Of a DNA stretch of 64,000 bases, positions 53,048 to 64,000 are shown piece by piece. Within the stretch, counting starts at the first letter, position 1. Every line of letters starts with the position of its first letter. The position numbers and the translations under genes are program-made. This DNA comes from Malacoraja senta. Its lineage: Eukaryota. The notes below the pieces were generated by a model. It was not told the DNA's origin. It saw nothing but the letters and a program-made list of their open reading frames with translations, and did no database searches. The stretch covers positions 3,970,001-4,034,000 of the forward strand of contig CM075992.1 of assembly GCA_038087875.1 (NCBI GenBank). Reading direction: 5' to 3'.

Positions 53048-53895
53048 AAAATGGCGGATGTGCATGAGTGGGCGCCATTTGTATGGCAGCCTGCCTGCAG
53101 TCTGTCTTTTCACCCTTTTTAGTGTCAAAAACTTTTATTTTGGAGGTCTAATCTTTTTATGTGGGGGGTGGAACTGTATTAATCCCAGTCCTACCTGGTC
53201 GGAGATGTGGTTTTCCTCTGAATCGCATCTTCGTCCTCTCCGTGCGGCCTACCATCGAATCTGGAGCGGCGTTTCCTGCCGGGACTACAGCTCCGGCAGC
53301 GGCACAGCGCTGGGATAGCAACACGGAGCGGGCGATGCCTTACCGGGTCGCCGTGCGCTAAGCTCCGGAGTGCGGTGGCCGCCGACTCCAACATCCGAGG
53401 AGCTGCGACTGCGGGCGTACAGCCGCGGGCGGGCGGAGCTGGATTTAAAACACCAGCTCGGAGCCTGGGATCCGAGATGGCCAGAGTCGGAGCTCCAACC
53501 GGCGCGGCCCGAGGACAACGGGCGCCGTGGTCTCCGGGGAGGGAGCGGCCGCTCCAGACATTCCCAAGCTGCTGAGGAGTGTTCCATCTTCCCGGCAACA
53601 GGGCCTGAAAACATCGGACTGGCTGCGGAGGCCACAAATAGGCCCCGACCTCGGGCGGACTATGAGGGGGAGGAGAACTGGACTTTTTGGTGCCTTCCCT
53701 CACAGTGGAAAGTGTGGATTCTGCAGTGGGGGGACGATTCATGTTGAATCCTATGGTGTACTGTGTCTTTTTATTTTTTGTATTTTATATGGATGTATGG
53801 AAATCTAATTTTTTTCTCTGTAAAGCACTTTGGCTTCAACGTGATTTGATTTAAAAAGTGCTATATAGATAAAAATTACTTACTTACTTACTTAC
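53048..53895 (+). mobile_element. CpG-rich non-autonomous retroposon with L2-like tail
   Basis: Head shared with 15186-16029; 3' end gtaaagcactttgg...gtgctatatagataaaaa(ttac)n resembles the L2 tail at ~38600-38670. Confidence 0.65.
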
Positions 53896-54415
53896 TAACT
53901 CAGCGGGACAGGCAGCATCTCTGGAGAGAAGGAATGGGTGACGTTTCGGGTCGAGACCCTTCTTCAGAATGATCAATACGCTCCAATACTCTTAGGTAGA
54001 TAAAAAATGCTGGAGAAACTCAGCGGGTGAGGCAGCATCTATAGAGAGAAGGAATTGGCGACGTTTCGGGTCGAGACTGAAGAAGGGTCTCAACCTGAAA
54101 CGTTGCCTATTCCTTCTCTCCATAGATGCTGCCTCACCCGCTGAGTTTCTCCAGAATTTTTCGTCTACCTTCGATTTTTCCAGCACCTGCAGTTCTTTCT
54201 TAAACTCTCCGATACTGTTGTGTGCTGCCTCAGCCTAATCTACTATACACTTTTGTACTTAAGTATAATTGTGTCTAATGTATAGTAAGACTATTGCTGA
54301 ATTTTATGCAAAAAAATGAATTTCACTGTCCCTAGTTACCTGTGACAATAAAGTACCCTTGGGTAGATTCTATCAAGGAAAACTCAAGCACAATACGTAG
54401 AGGGGAAAGATACTG

Positions 54416-54810
54416 AAGGTACACAAAAATGCTGGAGAAACTCAGCGGGTGCAGCAGCATCTATGGAGCAAAGGAAATAGGCAAAGTTTTGGGCCGAAAA
54501 CCTTCTTCAGACTGATGTAGGGTGGGGGGGGGGGGGGGCGGCGGGGAGAAGAAAGGAGAAAGGAAGAGGAGGAGCCCGAGGGCTGAGGGAGAGCTGAGAA
54601 GGGGAGGAGACAGCAAGGGCTACCGGAAATTGGAGGTCAATGTTTATGCCGCTAGGGTGCAGACTGCCCAAGCGGAATATGAGGTGCTGCTCCTCCAATT
54701 TCCGGTGGTGCTCACTCTGGCCATGGAGGAGGCCCTGGACAGAGAGGTCGGATTCGGAATGGAAGGGGGAGTTGAAGTGCTGAGCCACAGGAAGATCAGG
54801 TTGGTTATAC
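54416..54810 (-). mobile_element. Penelope-like element 3' fragment
   Basis: QPDLPVAQHFNSP...RKLEEQHLIFRLGSLHPSGINID plus pLTR. Confidence 0.85.
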
Positions 54811-56656
54811 TGAATATAGATACTGAATATAGTTCTGTTCAATATAGCATTGTAGAGACAAAGTCCAATGTCCACAAGGAAGAAAGGGTTATGCCTATCC
54901 ATCTATCTCCCAATCAACCTGTATCCACCTATCACTTGTGCAGGAAGGAACTGCAGATGCTGCTTTACAACGAAGTAAGACACAAAATGCTGGAGTAACT
55001 CAGCGGGGCAGGCAGCATCTCTGGAGAGTAGGAATGGGTGACGTTTCGGGTGGAGACCCTTCGTCAGACTTCTGAGGAAAGGTCTCGACCTGAAACGTCA
55101 CCCATTCCTTCTCTGCAGAGATGCTGCCTGTCCCGCTGAGTTACCCCAGCATGCTGTATTTCCCCACCGATCACTTGTCTGTCTTTGTCATGCCCTCACC
55201 TCTCTTCAAGCTTTCTCCCCCTGACTTCAATAGTATGAAGATGGGTCCCAATCCAATACATTGACCGTCTATGGTCTACAGAGATGTTGCCTGTCCCGCT
55301 GAGTTACCCCAGCATGCTGTATTTCCCCACCGATCACTTGTCTGTCTTTGTCATGCCCTCACCTCTCTTCCAGCTTTCTCTCCCTGACTATTAGTATGAA
55401 GAAGGGTCCCAATCCAATACATTGACCATCTATGGTCTGCAGAGATGTTGCCTGACCCGCTGAGTTACTCCAGCACTTTGTGTTTTTAGCACAAGCTAAC
55501 ATCGTGAGGTACTTCTGAATGAAGTCGCAGGTCGGTATCATTGCTCAGGTGAACCACTCCCTGGACATTACTTGCATTTGTAGAAATAAGGAACTGCAGG
55601 TGCCTGTTTACCAAAAAAAAAGACACAAAGTAGTGGAGTAACTTAGCGGGTCAGACAGCGTGTAAAAACAAACAACTGCAGATGCTGCTTTATACCAAAG
55701 ATAGACACAAAGTGTTGGAGTAACTCAACTGGTCAGATAGCATCTCTGGAGAAAAATGATGGGTGACGTTTCGGTTCGGGACCCTTCATCAGACAGCATC
55801 TCTGGAGATGACCCTATTCCTACCTTCAGTTCCCTCCCCTATAAGTCTGAAGAAGGTCCCGTCCCGAAACGTCACCTATTCTTTTTCTCCAGAGATGCTG
55901 CCTGACCTGCTGAGTTACTCCAGCACTTTGAGTCTATCTCTGGAGAACATTAGACCTGGCTTTAATCTTCAAAGACACAGCACGGAAACAGGCCCTTCGG
56001 CCCACTGAGTCCGTGCGACCAGCGACCACCCAGCACATTAACACCAGGGACAATTTACAATTATACCGAAGCCAATTAACCTACAAACCTGTACGTCTTC
56101 GACACGTGGGAGGAAACCGGAGCACCTGGGGAAAACCCACGCAGGTCACGGGGAGAGCATACCAACTCCGTACAGACAGCACCCGTAGTCTGGATGGAAC
56201 CCAGGTCTCTGGCGCTGTAAGGCAGCAACTCTACCGCTGCACCACTGTGCTATTCCTTAGGTTTCATCCATTACCTGTGTCTTCCCATGTCTTGCCACTA
56301 CTCTTTTCTTTCAATAGAATTATAGTCCGCATCTGCTAGTTATTCATCTCAAGGCAGAGACACATGACGCTTTGCACAGAGCTGAGAGCAATAACATATC
56401 ACCTGGATGTGGGAAATTGTGGGTCTGGCATAAAAAAAATGACACAGCAGAGCGAAAATTAATCACGTCACTTAAGTAGCATTAGTTCCCAGCCCTGACT
56501 CAGGGTAATCAATATTTATAATTGAAACGGAAACCAGTGCATAATATGTCAAGACAAATAGATTCAATTCCAAAGCAGAAATTGGATCGGAGGCATTTGC
56601 CTATTCACTCTTCTACACCCACATAGGGAGATCAAAGAGATTTATGATATCCCTTG

Positions 56657-57233
56657 TAGACAAAAATGCTGGAGAAACTCAGCGGGTGAGGCAGCATCTA
56701 TGGAGCGAAGGAAATAGGCAACGTTTCGGGCCGAAACCCTTCTTCAGACTGATGTGAGGGTGGAGGGGGGGGGGGGGGGGAAGAAGAAAGGAAGAGGTGG
56801 CGCCAGTGGGCTGAGGGAGAGCTGAGAAGGGGAGGAGAAAGTAGGGACCACCTGAGATTAGAGAAGTCAATGTTCATACCGCTGGGGTGCAAACTGCCCA
56901 AGCGAAATATGTGCTGCTCCTCCAATTTACGGTGGGACTCACTCTGGCCATGGAGGAGGCCCAGGACAGAAAGATTGGATTGGGAATGGGAGGGGGAGTT
57001 GAAGTGCTGAGCCACCGGGAGATCAGGTTGGTTATTGCGAACCGAGCGGAGGTGTTGGGCGAAACGATCGCCAAGCCTACGCTTGGTCTCACCGATGTAG
57101 AGCAGCTGACACCTGGAGCAGCGGATGCAATAGATGAGGTTGGAGGAGGTGCAGGTGAACCTCTGCCGCACCTGGAAAGACTGCTTGGGTCCTTGAATGG
57201 AGTCAAGGGGGGGGAGGTAAAGCGACAAGTTAT
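56657..57233 (-). mobile_element. Penelope-like element fragment with GIY-YIG domain and pLTR hammerhead
   Basis: FTCTSSNLIYCIRCSRCQLLYIGETKRRLGDRFAQHLRS...FRLGSLHPSGMNID in an open frame. Confidence 0.9.
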
Positions 57234-57697
57234 CCCTTGTTCGTTTCCCTCCCTATGTTCAGGTTTGGGCGTTTTTATTGTAGAAACAAGGAACCGCAGA
57301 TGCTGGTTTACCACGAAAAGATGCAAAGTGCTGGTGTATCTCAGCGGGTCAGGCAGCATCTCTGGAGAAGATGGGTACCAAATCGTCACTGATGCACGAT
57401 CTCCAGCGATGCTGCCTGACCCGCTGAGTTACTCCAGCATTCTGCATCTTTCATGAGTGTGTTTATTGATCATTCGACATATGTCGGTATTAGTTGATTG
57501 GAAGATTCCGGCATGGGCCACAGGCCGTTCGGCCCACCCTGTCCACTTTCTATGCTATCCCACTTTCTCACCCACTCCCTGCACACTAGGGGCAATTTTA
57601 CAAGAGGGGGGGGGCCTACAAACCGCCACGTCTTTGGGATGTGGGAGGAAACTGGATTAAACCCAGGCCGTCACAGGGAGGACGTACAAACTCCGTA

Positions 57698-58012
57698 CAG
57701 TGGCGCAGCGGTAGAGTTGCTGCCTCACAGCGAATGCAGCGCCGGAGACCCGGGTTCAATCCCGACTACGGGTGCTGTCTGTACGGAGTTTGCACGTTCC
57801 CCCCGTGACCTGCGTGGGTTTTCTCCGAGATCTTCGGTTTCCTCCCGCACTCCAAAGACGTGCAGGTTTGTAGGTCAATTAGCTTGGAATAAGTGTAAGT
57901 TGTCCCTCGTGTGTGTGTTGGATAGTGTTAGTGTGCGGGGATTGCTGGGCGGTGGGGACTCGGTGGGCAGAAGGGCCTGTTTCTGTGCCGTATCTCCAAT
58001 CTAAACTAAACT
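57698..58012 (+). mobile_element. V-SINE inserted in an antisense V-SINE
   Basis: The host antisense SINE breaks at aaactccgtacag and resumes at acccgtagtcagg. Confidence 0.8.
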
Positions 58013-60469
58013 GAACCCGTAGTCAGGATCGCACCCGGGTCTCTGGCGCTGTAAGGCAGCAACTCTACCGCTGCGCCACCCTGCCACCCTCTCGCAGTTC
58101 CCAAGGACTTTTCCTTGTGTTTGCCGCTACTGGCCAAACCCACCTCTTTAATCTCATGTCCATTCTCACTCACCACCATTAACCTTATGACAGGCACAGA
58201 AAACACATTGCCTTGGAGATCAATACGTAACCACAATCAAGTGTGCTTTGAATTAATTTGTATAAACTTATTGATCAGGGTTATTTATTTATTTATTAAC
58301 TTCCCTTCAGCTATTGCTTCGAGCTGTGCGTAGAAATGGATGAGGTTTCCAAGGATTTATCAGCTTGCTTTCCATTTTGAAAAAGATCAATAGTGGTCGC
58401 TCTGATTATTAAACAGACATTTAATGTACCTCACTATTGTTCCTGCACTGACATGGTCTGTTCTACAGAAGCTACTGTAAGATATGTTGATACATCTTTT
58501 TTTTATAGTATCTTTCACCTCTCTTCCAGGTCTCTTTCAAAGAGTCACAGTCGTACAGCATGGAAATGGGGCCCTTCGGCCCATGCCAACCAAGATGTCC
58601 CACCTATACTAGTCCCATCTGCCTGCATTTTGCCCATATCCCTCTAAACCTATCCTATCCATGTTCTGTCCAATTCTGCTGTAGTACATGCCTCAACCAT
58701 CTCCTCTGGCAGCTTGTTCCAGATACCACCACCAGCCTCTGTGTGAATATTGCTTCTCAGGTTCCTATTAAATCATTCCCCTCTCATCTTAATCCGATGT
58801 CCTCTGGCTCTTGAATCCCATACTCTGGGTAAAAGATTGGCTATTTACCCGATATTTACCCTCATGATCTAATACACCTCTATAAGATCACCCCCTCATC
58901 CTCCAGCGTTGCCGAGAATAAAGTCCTAGCCTGCTCAACCTCTCCTGAGAGCTCAGGCCCTCAGGTCCTTGCAACATCCCTTGTAAATCCTCCACGCACT
59001 CTTTACAGCTTAACCACACCTTTCCATCGAACAGTCCCTTCAGCCCACCAAGTCCGCGCCAACCAGCGATCACCCCTTACGCCAGTTCTATCCTACCCAC
59101 ACTAGGGACAATTTACAGAAGCCAATTAACCCGCAAACCTGCACGTCTTTGGAGTGTGGGAGGAAACCGGAGCACCCGGAGGAAGCCCACGCGGTCACAG
59201 GGGAAAACGTGCAAACTCCGTACAGACAGCACCCGTAGTCAGGATCGAACTCGGGTCTCCGGTGCTGTGAGGCAGCGACTTAAGCTTCTGGGCTCCAATT
59301 GCTCATCCCCACTGCCGCCGGCCTGCCTAAAAATACGAGGTGGTAAAATTTGGCAGGGGTGCGTTGCCTGCTAAGTTACCTTTTTGATGATATTTCACGC
59401 GCCGGCCTCACAAATCCATGTCACTGCTATGAAGTCCCATGAGGTTGCAGCACTCTCTGAGCTGGAGGTGGTGATAAATTCAGCTGTTTTACATTTCAAT
59501 CTCTTTTTCCCCAATGCTCATAAATTTCACGGCAGAGAGGAGATGGGACGCTGTCTGAGACGCCAATGCCCTTGGGAAGCGGAGGGAGGCAAGATATTTA
59601 ATTTTTTTTCCAATCACAAAATCTAGATCCCAAGCTCTTGAAGAAGAGTTGTAAATATTCAGCTGTTGTGTCGGACGTCACACACGCAAGATTAAAAGAC
59701 ATTTCTCTTGCCTGTTTCTCAAGGCCCCCCCGCTGATGCTTTCCTATCCGGCTACACGCGGCTTTGAAGTTGTGCGCAGGGTTCCAGCCAACGGCTTAAA
59801 TTAAGTTTACAAATATGAAAGTTCATCCCATTAGAGTCATAGACTGATACAGCGTGGAAACAGGCCCAACTTGCCCACACCAGCCAACATGTCCCAGCTA
59901 CACTAGTCCCTCCTGCCTGCTCTTGGTCCATATCCCTCCAAACCTGTCCTATCCATGTACCTGTCTAAATGTTTCTTAAACGTTGCCTCAACTACTTCCT
60001 CCAGCAGCTCGTTCCATACACCCACCACCCTTTGCGTGTAAAAGTTACCCCTCAGGTTCCCTATTAAATCTTCCCCCCCTCACCTTAAACCTATGCCCTC
60101 TGGTTCTCGACTTAAACCTATGCCCTCTGGTTCTTAAGATGCCTTAAGATGCCTTAAGATGCCTTAAGATTCTGAGAGGCAGATGAAGAGATGATTGGTC
60201 ACAAGATGAGGAGATTAAACATATAATACTGGGATGACATGAGATTTCTCTCTGTAAAAGATTGTGGCATCTGTGAAACATTGTAACATTGCCGGTGCCA
60301 GAACATGGCGACATTTGCATACCGCCTAGCTGAGGTATGGTCTTATTTAGTTGTCTGTAAAACAAAGCATTTCACTGTACCTCGGTACATGGGACACTAA
60401 AGTAGCATTGAATCACTGACTTGAATCTTTGATTTATTTACCGTAGAGATTATGAGTTATATCAGGACT

Positions 60470-60882
60470 GCGATCGTTCCGCTGAACACCTCCGCTCAGT
60501 CCGCCTTAACCTACCTGATCTCCCGGTTGCTCAGCACTTCAACCCCCTCCCCTTCCCAATCTGACCTTTCTGTCCTGGGCCTCCTCTAATGTCCCGTGCA
60601 AATTGGAGGAACAGCACCTCATATTTCGCTTGGGTAGTTTACACCCCAGCGGTATGAACATTGACTTCTCTAACTTCAGGTAGTCCCTGCTTTCTCTCTC
60701 CATCCCCTCCCCCTTCCCAGTTCTCCCACTAGTCTTAATGTCTCCGACTACATTCTATCTTTGTCCCGCCCCCTCCCCTGACATCAGTTTGAAGAAGGGT
60801 CTCGACCCGAAACGTCACCCATTCCTTCTCTCCAGAGATGCTGCCTGTCCCGCTGAGTTACTCCAGCATTTTCTGTCTACCT
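60470..60882 (+). mobile_element. Penelope-like element 3' fragment
   Basis: EHLRSVR..PDLPVAQHFN remnant and pLTR; hammerhead core starts ttgaaga instead of ctgaaga. Confidence 0.8.
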
Positions 60883-61036
60883 GTGATTGATTGATATCGA
60901 TACACTATTGGTATTAGTATTAATATTGGTTCTAATTTGCTACTTTCAGATGCAGTGAGATACAGTGAAGAACTCTGCTTTGCTTGTTATGCAGGCCGAT
61001 CACACATGTGTATATCCGGCTAGGTAAAAGAGCATG

Positions 61037-61686
61037 GTTAGTGTTGCTGCCTCACAGTGCCAAAGACCCGGGTTCCATCCTGACCTCGGATGCTGTCTGT
61101 CTGGAGTTTGCACGTTCTCCCTGTGGGTTTCCTCCCACACTCCAAAGACGTGCGGGTTTGTGGGTTAATTGGCATCTGGGCGGCACGCTGGCGCAGCGGT
61201 AGAGTTGCTGCCTTACAGCGAATGCAGCGCCAGAGGCCCGGGTTCCATCCTGACCCCGGATGCTGTCTGTACGGAGTTTGCATGCTGGCGCAGCGGTAGA
61301 GTTGCTGCCTTACAGCGAATGCAGCGCCGGAGGCCCGGGTTCCATCCCGACTACGGGCGCTGTCTGTACGGAGTTTGTACGTTCTCCCCGTGACCTGCGC
61401 GGGTTTTCTCCGAGATCTTCGGTTTCCTCCCACACCCCAAAGACGCGCAGGTTTGTAGGTTAATTGGTAAATGTAAAAATTGTCCCTAATGTGTTGTTTG
61501 TAGGTCCGTGCACCAGTCTCCCCACGTTAAACAAAGTCACGCACAGGCCTCCTCCATGAGAGGACAGTCACACTCGTGTCGAGTGACCGCCGATGATGAT
61601 GAGGTTAGTGTGGGTCGGCACGGACCCGGTGGGCTGAAGGGCCTGTTTCCACACTGTATCTCCAAACTGAACTAAAGCAAACTAAA
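61037..61686 (+). mobile_element. Cluster of V-SINE heads and a body, with a short (GAT)n-tailed retroposon 3' end inserted at ~61506-61602
   Basis: Three tRNA-like heads; the insert ends cactcgtgtcgagtgaccgcc(gat)n. Confidence 0.7.
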
Positions 61687-62721
61687 TCGCCCCTAGTCTG
61701 TAGGGAGATGTGAGGAAGGGGTTAATAGGTATAAGTTGATTTAGACAAGAACCCTTTGTATAGTAGGGAGTATAGTAGGGAGGATAGGGGGAGTGAAGAA
61801 CGAGTACAGATGGTGACTTTTTCAAGGATGAGAACAGAGAAGATAAAGAGACCGTCCAGGATAGAACTAGGGTAAGGGTTATGAGCAACTCTCTGTGCGC
61901 ATGCCTAATGAACTTACATGAATATGTACACACACCCACTATGACAAGATGTCTCATTTAAATGCACATGCGATGCATGATATGGGAGGTGTCTTTGACG
62001 TCGGGTGGACGTTCCAGGACGTTCTCGTGGGAATGTGGGCTTTATGTTATGATTGGAAGAAGCACAATGGGGAGGGATGAGGGTGTGACAATGATACCCA
62101 TGAAATGTATAAAGATAGAAGACATCCCGATCCTCGGTGTGCCTCTAGGGGACATTAGAGGAGAGGCACCTATTCTGCAGAATATGATTTAAATAAGAAG
62201 CTTCTTTGCCGACTTTGTCTCTAAAAGCGTTTGTGATTTTGAATCTCACAGAGGGGAATGAGGAAGTGGGAAGATAGAGTGAATGGGTGGTCGACGGTCA
62301 GTGTGGGCCGAAGGGCCTGTTTCCACGCTGTATCTTTAGATCAAAAAGTGAAAAGAAGGAGGATGCCGAATATAGTTACAGCCACAACATCACTCGTTAA
62401 ATTCTGCATAATCCTATGCTCACCATAGTTTGCAGAAATGCAGCAATATTTACACATCCAAATCACCCCAGCTGCTTCCCTGAAAGATATTCAGACAAAA
62501 TAAGTTGGCAGGCAACCTTCCAGCTCACTGAGATGATGGATGTCCACCTTTCAAGCTTTGTTGAATAAACCAATTCTGAAAAGAAACGGAGTCTATCCAA
62601 GTGTGCCTCAATTGAGATTGTCAAAGCAAGTTAACGCTGAGTTGAAGCACATGTGATGAAAAGCTCAGTCTTTGTGCCTAGGGTTCTAGAAGGTAGGGTG
62701 TCAAGAGGTTTAAAAGTGAAC

Positions 62722-63027
62722 GGGACAGTGGCGCAGCGGTAGAGTTGCTGCCGTACAGCATTTACAGAGCTAGAGACCCAGGTTCGATCCCGACTACGGG
62801 CGCTGTCTGTACAGAGTTTGTACGTTCTCCCCGTGACCTGCATTGGTTCACTCCGAGATCTTTAGTTTCCTCCCACACTCCAAAGACGTACAGGTTTGTG
62901 AAATTAGCTTGATATGAATGCAAAAATGGTCCCTAGTGTTTTGGTGTGCGGGGATCGCAGGTTGGCGCGGACTCGGTGGGTCGGAGGGCCTGTTTCCGCA
63001 CTGTATCTCTAAAATAAACTAAAACTA
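62722..63027 (+). mobile_element. V-SINE/HE1-like SINE
   Basis: A/B boxes, central domain, (aaact)n tail. Confidence 0.85.
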
Positions 63028-63195
63028 GGTGTTAGAGTTTAGAGATGGGGGCGTGGAAACAGGCCCTTCGGCCCATTGAGTCTGTGCACACCATCGATCG
63101 CCCATAGATGTTACCTGACTCCTTGAGTTCCGGCAGCTCTTTCTGTTTTGCTCAGGATGTTAGCACCCTTGATTTAGCCATGATGGTAGTTAGGA

Positions 63196-63590
63196 TGCAC
63201 TGGGGCAGATGGGGCTCGTCAGCCTGGGAAGGCAGCCCATCTAGGAGAGGGAAAACTCTGATTTAAAACCCCCACTGCCTTGTGGCCATATCCAGTCATG
63301 GAAAAGGCTCCAGGAGTAAACCTGGAGAACATCTGGAGTCGGAGCCACTAAGGCAGTTCGTCGTTGTCTACAACCTCGCTCCGGCAGCTCGTGCGACAGC
63401 GCTGGTGCCAAACTGTAACGGCCCTGCTGTTCCTTTGGATCGATCAGTGACGTGGAGAGGGGGGGACGTGCTGCATGGGCAACAGCCTGTCCTCCATATG
63501 ACATCGATCGCCCAGGTTTGCATCCGACCACACATCACCTGCAAACTAGGATGTATCACCCATGGTCAGTCATGACCGAATGGGGCCTAC
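63196..63590 (+). mobile_element. Non-autonomous RTE-like retroposon, copy 2 (shorter at 5' end)
   Basis: 9-bp TSD tagttagga (63187-63195 and 63591-63599); homologous to 10998-11456. Confidence 0.7.
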
Positions 63591-64000
63591 TAGTTAGGAC
63601 AGATATGATCGTGGCATTTCAGGGGCTTTTGGACAGGCACGTGGATATACAGGGAATGGAGGGATATAGGCTATGCACAGGTTTATAAGAGATAGTCTTG
63701 GCATCATTTTCGGTACAGACATTGTGGCTGAAGGGCCTGTTCTTGTGCTGTGTATAAGTTCACCCTGAGCCTACAAGGTGCAGGAAGGATGCAACGACTG
63801 CAACTAAATTCATGCAGTTACACCGTGGGATGCAGTTGGGACCTTATTCATTGAGCGGAAGATCTTGTGAACTAGATAGATCGCAGTGGATGAAAAGAGG
63901 ACATTTCTCCGGCGAGGAAATAGTTCAGAATAAAAGATCAGGCTGAGACAAGGAAAGATTTCCTATCGGAGCGGGCCGAGGGTCTTTAGAATTCTCCACG

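Noticed and set aside
53191..53808. Overlapping GC-rich ORFs suggesting a CpG-island first exon (also 15429-15913)
   Set aside because: They lie inside a repeated, tailed retroposon; open frames reflect high GC content

Overview
Repeat-dense vertebrate genomic DNA. The repeat complement (HE1/V-SINE-like tRNA SINEs, HER1/CR1-type LINE tails, Neptune-type Penelope elements) suggests a cartilaginous fish, probably a skate or ray; this is an inference. The only host coding exon I recognise is the terminal exon of PIN1 (808-917, +), followed by its 3' UTR and poly(A) signal. The remaining ~62 kb looks intergenic: CR1, L2, Rex/Babar, L1, RTE-like and Penelope fragments, many V-SINEs, hAT- and Harbinger-type MITEs, a decayed tRNA-Leu, microsatellites, a 200-N gap and AT-rich unique blocks that resemble conserved non-coding elements. 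Nearly all ORF-track calls are repeat-derived. The main result is evidence for ribozyme-carrying mini-retroposons. (1) A 137-bp minus-strand element (24125-24261) begins with a 53-nt minimal HDV/CPEB3-like fold and ends in a hairpin plus (AAG)n tail. (2) Many Penelope-derived fold-back elements with 13-17 bp TSDs carry minimal hammerhead motifs, including a ~162-bp-periodic, retrozyme-like array. Also notable are a perfect 33-bp hairpin in unique sequence and CpG-rich retroposons that share a head but have different LINE tails. All structures were inferred by eye; no searches or folding programs were run.
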